From the NCBI GenBank assembly GCA_963555995.3, contig OY821641.1, positions 768,001 to 832,000 of the forward strand: a stretch of 64,000 bases of DNA, written 5' to 3'. The notes beneath the pieces were generated by a model that was not told where the DNA came from, searched no databases, and worked only from the letters and a program-made list of their open reading frames with translations. A program made the position numbers and the translations under genes. This DNA is from Vicinamibacteria bacterium (lineage in GTDB: Bacteria; Acidobacteriota; Vicinamibacteria; Marinacidobacterales; Marinacidobacteraceae). The stretch's first letter is position 1; every line of letters begins with the position of its first letter. Shown here piece by piece: positions 44,900-53,333 of the stretch.

Positions 44900-45949
44900 T
44901 CAAGAACCCCGCCGCGGGACCGGCGGCAGTCCGCGGGTCGCGGTCCGGAACAGGAACCTCAGGGCCCGGTCGCGGCGGGCCGCGACGCTGGTGACGGCGA
45001 CGACGGCGCCCACGCTGAACCGCGACAGCCGGATCCTCCGCCCCTGCCGGAAGGACGGGGTCCGGTGGATACGCCGCAGCGCGAGCACGGCCAGCCCGAC
45101 GGCCCACAGGAGATGCCGCCGGATCCCGGCTTCGCGCCTCGGAATCAGCAGGATGAACCGGAGCGCGTTCGAGAGGTGGCCGCGGGTGATCGCCACCAGT
45201 CGGGAGAGCCCCTCGTCGAATCCCGGCCCGGCCCGGCCCGCGGCAAGGGAGGCGAGGTCGAAACCGGCGGCGCGGAACACGTCCTCGGGGAGCCAGCAGG
45301 CGCCGTTGTCCCAGTCGTCCCAGAGGTCCTTGAGGATGTTGGCCATCTGGAGGCCCTGGGCGTGGGAGACCGCGAGGGCCGTCAACTCCTGCCGGCGGCC
45401 CTCGATCTCGGCGGAGTAGTCGCAGAACAGCTCGACGAGCATTTCGCCCACGACCCCGGCGACGAAATAGCAATACCGGTCGAGCTGAGCCAGGTCCTTC
45501 AGGCCGACGGAGCCCGGGTCCCGCTGGAACTCCGCCATGCCCCGAGACATCACCCGGACGCAGCGTTCGACGGCGGCTCGCTGCGGGGCGCGAAGCCCCG
45601 CGGTCACGCGCAGGATGCGGCTCGCGCCGCGGGCGAGTTCCCGCTCCGGTTCCGGCGTCGCCGGGGTCAGCGCCGCCGCCAGCTCGCGGCCGAAGGATGC
45701 GGCGTCCCGGCGACCGGCGACGACCTCGGTCAGGCGTTCCCAGAACACCCGCTTCTGCGCCGGCGACAGCCCGGGTTCGTCTTCGATGGTGTCGGTGAGG
45801 CGGCACAGCAGATAGGCGTTGCCGACCACCGGCCGGAGACGCTCCGGGAGGGCGGGGATCGTGAGGGCGTAGGTGCGCGAGACGGCCTGGAGGATCCTCG
45901 CCTGGTAGGCGAGATCGCCGCCGCTCCCGCTGCCGGACGACGCGCTCAT
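44900..45949 (-). CDS. Squalene/phytoene synthase family protein, copy 2
   Basis: VSRTYAL, YLLCRLTDTIEDE, YCYFVAGVVG, GLQMANILKD, CWLP. Confidence 0.93.
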   Translation of the reverse strand: MSASSGSGSGGDLAYQARILQAVSRTYALTIPALPERLRPVVGNAYLLCRLTDTIEDEPGLSPAQKRVFWERLTEVVAGRRDAASFGRELAAALTPATPEPERELARGASRILRVTAGLRAPQRAAVERCVRVMSRGMAEFQRDPGSVGLKDLAQLDRYCYFVAGVVGEMLVELFCDYSAEIEGRRQELTALAVSHAQGLQMANILKDLWDDWDNGACWLPEDVFRAAGFDLASLAAGRAGPGFDEGLSRLVAITRGHLSNALRFILLIPRREAGIRRHLLWAVGLAVLALRRIHRTPSFRQGRRIRLSRFSVGAVVAVTSVAARRDRALRFLFRTATRGLPPVPRRGS

Positions 45950-46992
45950 CGTGCTCCCGACGGCCGCGGGAGGCCGCGGGCGACCAGCCGGAAGAGGAGC
46001 CGGAGAGCCGGATCCCAGCGGGCGAAGACGCTGGTGACCACCACGACCGCCCAGACGCTGCGGCGGGACACCTTGACTTCGGTTCCGCTCGTGAACCCCG
46101 GTGTCCGGCGGATGCGCCGCAGGGTGAGCATCGCCAGCCCCAGGGGCCACAGGCAGAACCGCCGGATGCCGGTCTCGCGGGACGGAATGAGCAACGTGTA
46201 GCGGAGCGCCGCCTCGAGATGCCGGCGGGTGACGGCGACGAGCTCGAGGAGGCCCGCGGCGAACGCCGGATCGGTCCTTCCGGCGGGAAGCGCGTGGAGG
46301 TCGAGACCCGCCGCGCGGAAGACGTCCCGCGGCAGCCAGCAGGCGCCGCGGCGGTGGTCCTCCCAGACATCCTTGAGGACGTTGACCATCTGGAGCCCCT
46401 GGCCGAAGGGAACCGACAGCGCGAGCAGGTCCGCGCGCCGCTGGCGCATCTCGGCGGAGTACTCGCAGAAGAACGCGGTGAGCGCTTCTCCCACCACCCC
46501 CGCGACGTGGTAGCAGTAGCGGTTCAGGTGCTCGAGGTCGTCGAGGCCGTGGATGGTGGCGCCGCGCTGAAACTCCACCATGCCGCGCGTCATGATGCGG
46601 ACGCAGCGCCGGATCGCCGCGCGCTGCGCGTCGCTGAAGCGGGCGGTGACGCCGAGCACCCGTCCCGCGCCCGCGATCAGGTCGCGTTCGCTCGCGGTGG
46701 CGGCGGTCAGGCGCGCTCCCAGGTCGCGGGAGAAGACATCGGGGTCACCCCCGCCCGCGACCAGCTCGACGAGGCGGTCCGAGAAGGTCTCCTTCTCGTC
46801 CGCCGCGAGGGCCGGCTCGTCCTCGATGGTGTCGGCGATGCGGCACAGGAGGTAAAGGTTCCCGGTAACGTCCGACAGGTCTCCGGGCAGGGGACGGATG
46901 GTGAGCGCGAACGTCCGCGCCACCCCTTCCAGGATGCGCCGCTGATAGGCGAGATCGTCGTCCACCGGCGGGCGTGGGGGGTCTCTGGTCAT
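45946..46992 (-). CDS. Squalene/phytoene synthase family protein, copy 1
   Basis: VARTFAL, YLLCRIADTIEDE, YCYHVAGVVG, GLQMVNVLKD, CWLP, IRRFC. Confidence 0.93.
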   Translation of the reverse strand: MTRDPPRPPVDDDLAYQRRILEGVARTFALTIRPLPGDLSDVTGNLYLLCRIADTIEDEPALAADEKETFSDRLVELVAGGGDPDVFSRDLGARLTAATASERDLIAGAGRVLGVTARFSDAQRAAIRRCVRIMTRGMVEFQRGATIHGLDDLEHLNRYCYHVAGVVGEALTAFFCEYSAEMRQRRADLLALSVPFGQGLQMVNVLKDVWEDHRRGACWLPRDVFRAAGLDLHALPAGRTDPAFAAGLLELVAVTRRHLEAALRYTLLIPSRETGIRRFCLWPLGLAMLTLRRIRRTPGFTSGTEVKVSRRSVWAVVVVTSVFARWDPALRLLFRLVARGLPRPSGAR

Positions 46993-47122
46993 GGGGAAGG
47001 GGGGCACCGCGCTCTCCACGCGGGGCGCCAGGTGGCCCGGCATGGCCGGAGCGCGGCCCGAGGCAGGGCGCTTCGCCCGGGTCCCGGGCTGCCGGGCAGC
47101 CCCCGGGGTTCCGCCGCCGGCC

Positions 47123-47128
47123 TACAAT
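47123..47128 (+). promoter_or_regulatory. Probable -10 box for tRNA-Thr
   Basis: TACAAT 11 nt upstream of the tRNA in a GC-rich background. Confidence 0.5.
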
Positions 47129-47139
47129 TGCGAAGGCTA

Positions 47140-47211
47140 GCCGGTGTAGCTCAGGGGTAGAGCAGCTGATTCGTAATCAGCAGGTCGGTGGTTCAAATCC
47201 ACTCGCCGGCT
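47140..47211 (+). tRNA. tRNA-Thr(CGT)
   Basis: Cloverleaf with anticodon arm GCTGA-TTCGTAA-TCAGC and GGTTCAAATCC T-arm; no encoded CCA. Confidence 0.95.
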
Positions 47212-47236
47212 CAGCCGGGTCTCCGCCATCGGTCCC

Positions 47237-48268
47237 TCAGTGGGCATCCCCCCGGAATTCCTCGACGGACGCCCCGAGCTTCCTCAAGTCCTCCGTGTCT
47301 CCGAGGAGCATGAGCCGGTCACCGCGCTCGATCCGCCGATGGCCCCTGGGCGCGATCAGCAGGTCCTGTCCGTCCCGCCGGATCGCCAGCACGAGCACGT
47401 TGGCTTCGCGTCCCAGGGCGGAATCGGCGATCGTCCTCCCCGCGAGTTCGGATCCGGGGGTCACCACGAGTTCGCCGGACCCGAAGCCCGGATGGGTCAT
47501 GTCGGAGAGGCCGTGCAGCAGGTGGTGGGCCTCGGAACCGCAGAGATTGCGGAGCACGACCCGGCTCGCGGTGAGGTACGGCGAGACGACATCCTGGGTG
47601 GCGGCGCCCGCCCGCTCCAGATTCGCGCGGGAACGGTCTTCCTCGGACCGGGCGATGACCCGGACCCCGGGACGGAGCGCGTTCGCGGTCATGGTGATCG
47701 ACAGGTTGTCGCTGTCGTTCGGGAGCAGGGCGACGATGGTCACGGCGCGCCGTACCCCGGCCCGTTCGAGCGTCTCTTCCGCCGTGGCGTCCCCGCGGAT
47801 CACGGTGACTCCCTGCCGGAGCGCCGCTTCGACGACGTCCGGGGACTCCTCGATCACGCACACCTCGTTCCCGTGCCGCCGGAGGCCGGCCGTCACGCGC
47901 CGGCCCATCCTGCCGAAACCGCAGACGATGATGTGGTCCTTCATGCGTCGAACTCTCCTTTCCTGCCGCTGCAGCGGCGCTTCGGCGATCCACTGGGCCA
48001 CCGCCCCGAACGAGTACCCCAGCGTTCCCACTCCGCCGCCGATGAGGAGCACCGCGAAGAGCCGGCCGGCCGGCGAGAGCGGCCGGACCTCGCCGAAACC
48101 CACCGTCGAGAGGGTGATGACCGTCATGTAGAACGCGTCGAGGGGACCCCACGACTCGATCCACATGAAGCCGAGGGTGCCGACGATGACCACGCCGGCG
48201 GCGGCGGTGGCGGCGGCGCCGAAGCCGAAGCGCCAGCGGGCGCGCCGCCACGGCCGAAAGACAGTCAC
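47237..48268 (-). CDS. Potassium channel with RCK (TrkA-N/TrkA-C) domains
   Basis: TLSTVGFG filter, two TM segments, HIIVCGFGRMG, GDAT. Confidence 0.93.
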   Translation of the reverse strand: MTVFRPWRRARWRFGFGAAATAAAGVVIVGTLGFMWIESWGPLDAFYMTVITLSTVGFGEVRPLSPAGRLFAVLLIGGGVGTLGYSFGAVAQWIAEAPLQRQERRVRRMKDHIIVCGFGRMGRRVTAGLRRHGNEVCVIEESPDVVEAALRQGVTVIRGDATAEETLERAGVRRAVTIVALLPNDSDNLSITMTANALRPGVRVIARSEEDRSRANLERAGAATQDVVSPYLTASRVVLRNLCGSEAHHLLHGLSDMTHPGFGSGELVVTPGSELAGRTIADSALGREANVLVLAIRRDGQDLLIAPRGHRRIERGDRLMLLGDTEDLRKLGASVEEFRGDAH

Positions 48269-48359
48269 GGGACGTTCCCGTCGGCAGGTGTCAGGCGAGT
48301 ACTCAAGACGCGGATGCTGCGGCTACTCACCCGTGGGCCGGACCCGAACCCCAATCCGG

Positions 48360-48434
<75 letters not shown>

Positions 48435-48610
48435 TCCGGAATGTGGGGGAAGGCACTCTACATTCGGTGGGGGCGTCTGTCAAAGCCTCGCCTTCCGGCG
48501 CCCTCGACGCCCGGGCCGCGAGTTACTATGAAAAGGAGATCCGGCGGGACCTCGGCAGTGCTGTCGGCGCTCCTTTCGTCCGCCGACCCGCCTGCTTCCC
48601 GAGTGCGTTC

Positions 48611-49618
48611 GTGACCGCTTCCAACCCGGACTCCCTGCTTGCTCCGGAGGAGGTTGCGCATGCGGTCGCGGCGCTCCGAAGCCTGACCGAGGAGTGCGAC
48701 GTGGATGCGTGGCGCACGGAACACCTCGGGCGCAAATCGCGGCTCATGCTGTCGCTGCGAGCGCTTGGCGGACTCGACCCCTCCCGGCGGGCCGCGGCCG
48801 GCCGACTGCTGAACGACGCGAAGAACCGGCTCGGACAGGCGCTGAAGGCGAAGCAGGCCGAGCTGAAGGCGCGCCGGACCGAGGACCTGAAGTCGCTCGA
48901 CGTCAGCCTTCCGGGGCGGCCGCTTCCACTCGGCGGGCTCCATCCGATCACGAGAACGGAGCGGGCCATCGTGTCCGCCTTCGCCACGATGGGGTTCCAC
49001 GTGATCGAGGGGCCCGAGGTGGAACTCGAGTACTACAACTTCGAGGCGCTCCGGATTCCCGCCGATCATCCGGCGCGGGACGCCATGGACACGTTCTATC
49101 TGGACGGTCCCGACGGCGCCGCGCCACTCCTCCTGCGCACGCACACCTCGCCGAACCAGATCCGCTACATGGAACGGCACGACCCGCCCATCCGGCTCAT
49201 CGCCCCGGGGCGCACGTACCGGAACGAGGCGACCGACGCCACCCACGAGTGGATGATCACCCAGACGGAAGTCCTGGCGGTGGACCGCGGACTCACGCTC
49301 GCCCACCTGAAGGGGACGCTCTACGAGTTCGCCCGGCATCTCTTCGGAGAGGAGCGGGAGATTCGCTTCCGTTGCGACTACTTCCCGTTCGTGGAGCCCG
49401 GGGTCGAGGTCTCGATCAGCAGTCCCGACGGCTGGATCGAGATCCTCGGGGCCGGCATGGTGCATCCCGAAATCCTGGCGAACATGGGGTACGACCCGGA
49501 GGTCCACACCGGGTTCGCGGCGGGACTCGGTGTCGAGCGGATCGCGATGCTCCGGCACGGGATCCGGGACATCCGCCGCTTCTACGAGAACGACCTGCGC
49601 TTCCTGCGCCAGTTCTGA
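48611..49618 (+). CDS. pheS: Phenylalanine-tRNA ligase alpha subunit
   Basis: DVSLPG, HPAR..DTFY, LRTHTSP, YFPFVEP, EILGAGMVHP, DLRFLRQF. Confidence 0.97.
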   Translation: MTASNPDSLLAPEEVAHAVAALRSLTEECDVDAWRTEHLGRKSRLMLSLRALGGLDPSRRAAAGRLLNDAKNRLGQALKAKQAELKARRTEDLKSLDVSLPGRPLPLGGLHPITRTERAIVSAFATMGFHVIEGPEVELEYYNFEALRIPADHPARDAMDTFYLDGPDGAAPLLLRTHTSPNQIRYMERHDPPIRLIAPGRTYRNEATDATHEWMITQTEVLAVDRGLTLAHLKGTLYEFARHLFGEEREIRFRCDYFPFVEPGVEVSISSPDGWIEILGAGMVHPEILANMGYDPEVHTGFAAGLGVERIAMLRHGIRDIRRFYENDLRFLRQF

Positions 49619-49643
49619 CCGCCCGCTTCAGGAGCCCGTTCCC

Positions 49644-52079
49644 ATGCGCGTCCCCCTCCGTTGGCTCGAGACCATGGTGCCGCTCCCGGAGGACGTCGAG
49701 GCGCTGGCGCACCGGCTGACCCTGGCGGGCCTCGAGGTCACCGACATCGAACGAACGGGCGGCGACTGGGACCGGGTGGTCGTCGGGCGGGTGCTGGAAG
49801 TGCGCCCCCACCCGGATGCCGATCGCCTGCGGCTGGTCACGGTGGACAAGGGCGGGGAGCGCCAGACGGTCGTCTGCGGCGCCTCGAACGTGGCCGCCGG
49901 CCAGGACATCGCGTTCGCCTCGGAGGGGGCGATGCTCACCGACCCGCGGACCGGAACCCCGCGCAAGCTGAAGAAGTCCCGCATCCGGGGGGTGGTCTCC
50001 GGCGGGATGGTGTGTTCGGAAGCGGAACTGGGCCTCTCCGCTGCCCACGAGGGAATCCTGGTTCTAGACACCTCCCGCCCGCCGGGGACGCCGCTCTCCG
50101 ATGTCCTCGGCGACCGGGTCTACGTGTTCGATCTCACCCCGAACCGGGCGGACGCGCTGTCCGTGCTGGGGGTGGCGCGCGAGGTCTCGGCGCTCACCGG
50201 CGCTCCCCTGACTCCACCGGAGACCGCGACCCCGAGGCCGGGTCCCGCCATCGAGGGACGCGCCGCGGTCGAGATCGCCGCTCCCGACCTGTGCCGCCGC
50301 TTCACGCTCGCGCTCATCGAGGACGTCGAGATCGCCCCCTCGCCCGCCTGGATGCAGGAACGGCTGACCGCCGCCGGGATGCGGCCCATCAACAACCTGG
50401 TGGACATCACGAACTACGTGATGCTGGAGTTGGGTCAGCCGGTCCACGCGTTCGACTACGACACGGTGCGCGACGGGCGCATCATCGTGCGGCGGGCGGC
50501 GCCGGGGGAAACGCTGACCACGCTGGACGGCAGGACGCGGCGACTCGACCCGGACCGGCTGGTGATCGCCGATCCCGGCGGGGCCATCGCGCTGGCCGGC
50601 GTGATGGGGGGGATCGAGACCGAGATCACCGATTCCACCCGGAACGTCCTGCTGGAGGTCGCGAACTTCGAGCCCGCGGGCGTGCGGCGTACCGCCCGGG
50701 CCTTCGACCTGCTCTCCGACGCCGCCCGGCGCTTCGCCTGGGGTCTGCCCCCCGAGATGCCGGAGGTCGCCTCCGCCCGCGTCTGCCGGCTGCTCGCGGA
50801 GTACGCGCGAGGACGCGTCGCCGCGGGCATGGTGGATTCCTGGCCGGTGCGCGAACCCGGGGTCACCATCGAGTTGCGCCGCTCGCGGGTCCCCCAGGTC
50901 CTCGGCATGGAGGTACCCCGGCCGGCGGTGCGGGCGGCGCTCGACGGCCTCGGATTCGAGGTGGAGGAGAACGACGACACGCTGACCGTCGGCGTTCCTT
51001 ACTGGCGCCGGGACGTGCGGGTCCCGGACGACCTGGTGGAAGAGGTCGCGCGCATCACGGGGTACGACGACCTGCCGGCGGCGCCGCTCGCCGGGGCCAT
51101 TCCCCATCATCCGCCGCTCCCCGCCCGCGACCTGCGCGAACGGGTCCGGGATCTCGCCGCCGAAGCCGCGCTCTACGAGGTACAGACGTACTCGCTGCTG
51201 TCGGATGCCGACCTCGCGGCGGTGACCCCGCCGGAGCTGCGCGACACGCCCCTCATCAAGGTCCGGAACCCCCTCGGAGAGGCCCGCGACACCCTGCGGA
51301 CGTCGCTTCGTCCCGGGATCCTGCGCGCCGCCGCCTCGAACGTGGCCCGGGGCGCCCGGGCCGTGCGGCTGTACGAGGTCGGAAGGTCGTATCACCCCTC
51401 CGGCAGCGACGACGGCCGCCCGGAGGAACGGGAGGCGGCGGTCGGGCTCGTCGCGGGGGTCCAGTTCGACCGTTTCGGCAGCCCGACCGAAACCGGACTC
51501 GACTTCTACGACGCCAAGGCGACCCTCGAACATGTCCTCGCCGGGCTTCGAGTCTCCGCGGATTTCCGGCCGGTGGCCGCTTTCGGTCTGCTCGAGGGAC
51601 GGACGGCGGAAGTCTCGGTAGAGGGGAGCGCCGTCGGCGTCCTCGGTCAGGTCCACCCCGAAACCGCGGCCGTCTTCGGAGTCGGGCAGGACGCCTTCCT
51701 GTGGGATTTGGACCTCTCGGCCCTGCTGGAGGCCGCCCCGGGGATGACCAAGCCGCCGGCCGCCGTCCCGTTGCCGCGTCATCCGTCCGCCGTCGAGGAC
51801 TTCGCGCTGTTGGTGGGGCCGGAACTGCTGGCCCAGGACCTCGTGCGGGAGGCGCTCGGACATCCCCTCGTCGTGGAGGCGCGGGTCTTCGACGACTACC
51901 GGCTCGAGGATTCCGGCGCCGAGGGCGAAGCGGGGGAGGCGAGGCGGTCGCTCGGCATCTCCGTCCGCTACCAGGCCCGCAACCGGACGCTGAACGAGAA
52001 CGACATTGCCAAGGTGCGGCGCACCATCCTGAAGCGGTTCAAGGCCAACCACGGTGCGGTCGTCCGGGAACGCGCCTGA
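49644..52079 (+). CDS. pheT: Phenylalanine-tRNA ligase beta subunit
   Basis: HPDADRL, VVCGA, TPNRAD, INNLVDITNYV, DLVEEVARI.GYD, RTL anticodon-binding domain. Confidence 0.97.
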   Translation: MRVPLRWLETMVPLPEDVEALAHRLTLAGLEVTDIERTGGDWDRVVVGRVLEVRPHPDADRLRLVTVDKGGERQTVVCGASNVAAGQDIAFASEGAMLTDPRTGTPRKLKKSRIRGVVSGGMVCSEAELGLSAAHEGILVLDTSRPPGTPLSDVLGDRVYVFDLTPNRADALSVLGVAREVSALTGAPLTPPETATPRPGPAIEGRAAVEIAAPDLCRRFTLALIEDVEIAPSPAWMQERLTAAGMRPINNLVDITNYVMLELGQPVHAFDYDTVRDGRIIVRRAAPGETLTTLDGRTRRLDPDRLVIADPGGAIALAGVMGGIETEITDSTRNVLLEVANFEPAGVRRTARAFDLLSDAARRFAWGLPPEMPEVASARVCRLLAEYARGRVAAGMVDSWPVREPGVTIELRRSRVPQVLGMEVPRPAVRAALDGLGFEVEENDDTLTVGVPYWRRDVRVPDDLVEEVARITGYDDLPAAPLAGAIPHHPPLPARDLRERVRDLAAEAALYEVQTYSLLSDADLAAVTPPELRDTPLIKVRNPLGEARDTLRTSLRPGILRAAASNVARGARAVRLYEVGRSYHPSGSDDGRPEEREAAVGLVAGVQFDRFGSPTETGLDFYDAKATLEHVLAGLRVSADFRPVAAFGLLEGRTAEVSVEGSAVGVLGQVHPETAAVFGVGQDAFLWDLDLSALLEAAPGMTKPPAAVPLPRHPSAVEDFALLVGPELLAQDLVREALGHPLVVEARVFDDYRLEDSGAEGEAGEARRSLGISVRYQARNRTLNENDIAKVRRTILKRFKANHGAVVRERA

Positions 52080-53055
52080 ACCCACGCACCTCCCGGCCGG
52101 CCTGGTGGCCGCGTCGGCGGCCATGCGTTCGCTGCTCGAGGAAGCGGCGCGCGTGGCCCGTTTCGACGTGCCGGTGCTGATCGAAGGGGAGACGGGTTCG
52201 GGCAAGGAGCTGCTCGCCCGGTACGTGCACGGCCGGAGCCCGCGGCGGGACCGCCCGCTGGTGGCGGTGAACTGCGGCGCGCTGCCCGACGGGCTGCTGG
52301 AGGCGGAGTTCTTCGGCCACGCCCGGGGCGCGTTCACCGGCGCCGAATCCGCCCGCGCGGGCCTGCTGGAGGCCGCCGACGGGGGCACGCTGTTCCTGGA
52401 CGAGGTGGGGGAGCTCTCGCCGGGCGGACAGGCGACCCTGCTCCGGGTGCTTCAGGAGCGGGAGTTCCGGCGGATCGGAGAGACTCGGGTGCGGCGCTCC
52501 GACTTCCGCCTGATCGCGGCGACGCACCGGCCGCTCGCCGAGCTCGCCGCCGCGCGGGAGTTCCGCCGGGACCTCTTCTACCGGCTGCGGGTCGTCCGGC
52601 TGCGCCTGCCGCCGCTGCGGGAACGGCGAGCGGAGATTCCCGAGCTTGCCGCCGCCCTCCTGACGCGGCTCGCCCGCCGGCATCGTCTCGCACCCGCGCG
52701 GCTGTCGGCGGACGCCCTCGAGGCGCTCGTCCGCCGCGACTGGCCGGGGAACGTCCGCGAACTGGAATCGGTCCTCGCCGAGGCGCTCATGCGCCGGCCC
52801 GGAATCCGCGTGATCGGTCCCGAGATGGTGGCCGGAGAGGGCGGCGAGACGTCCGGCCCAGCGCCCGCGGCGCCGGATCCGCTCCACGCGGTGATGGAGA
52901 TCCGCAGGCTGGCGCTCGCCCGGGCGGCCTTCGAGCGGCTCGTCCTGCTGCGGGCGCTGCGCCGCGCCGCCGGGAGCCGGGTCCGCGCCGCCCGCGAGCT
53001 GGGCATCTCCCGGCAGAGCCTCTGGCAAAAGCTGAGACGGCACGGGATCCCGTAA
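52054..53055 (+). CDS. Sigma-54 enhancer-binding protein (AAA+ and HTH only)
   Basis: GETGSGKE, GAFTGA, LFLDEV, FRRDLFYRL, WPGNVREL, Fis-type HTH. Start uncertain (52054, 52105 or 52123). Confidence 0.92.
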   Translation: MRSSGNAPEPTHLPAGLVAASAAMRSLLEEAARVARFDVPVLIEGETGSGKELLARYVHGRSPRRDRPLVAVNCGALPDGLLEAEFFGHARGAFTGAESARAGLLEAADGGTLFLDEVGELSPGGQATLLRVLQEREFRRIGETRVRRSDFRLIAATHRPLAELAAAREFRRDLFYRLRVVRLRLPPLRERRAEIPELAAALLTRLARRHRLAPARLSADALEALVRRDWPGNVRELESVLAEALMRRPGIRVIGPEMVAGEGGETSGPAPAAPDPLHAVMEIRRLALARAAFERLVLLRALRRAAGSRVRAARELGISRQSLWQKLRRHGIP

Positions 53056-53069
53056 GGGCACGCCGGTTT

Positions 53070-53233
53070 GGAACGCCGGCTTCAGCCGGCACACCCCGCC
53101 GGAGGCGGGCGGCGGGAAGGACCTCATTCGCCGCGATGGCGCCGGGGGTCCCCTGTGGGTGCGCCCTGCAGGGACAGCTATGCGCCCTTCCGCTGCGCAC
53201 AGCGCAGCGGGTGCCGGCTGAAGCCGGCGTTCC
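53070..53233. repeat. REPIN of type B REPs (53070-53092, 53211-53233)
   Basis: Inverted pair; the left part of the spacer resembles that after 42020. Confidence 0.9.
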
Positions 53234-53333
53234 AAGCCGTTCCGCCGTCTCGTTCACCGGCGGCACGCAAAGTGGGGGAGGGAAGCTGGAGGTTCCCATA
53301 CGCTACCCGGCTTCACCTGTCCGGAGATTCCGC

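Noticed and set aside
48528-48614. Short upstream ORF and hairpin before pheS as a pheM-like attenuator or T-box
   Set aside because: The uORF has no Phe codons, there is no T-box consensus and no U-tract terminator.
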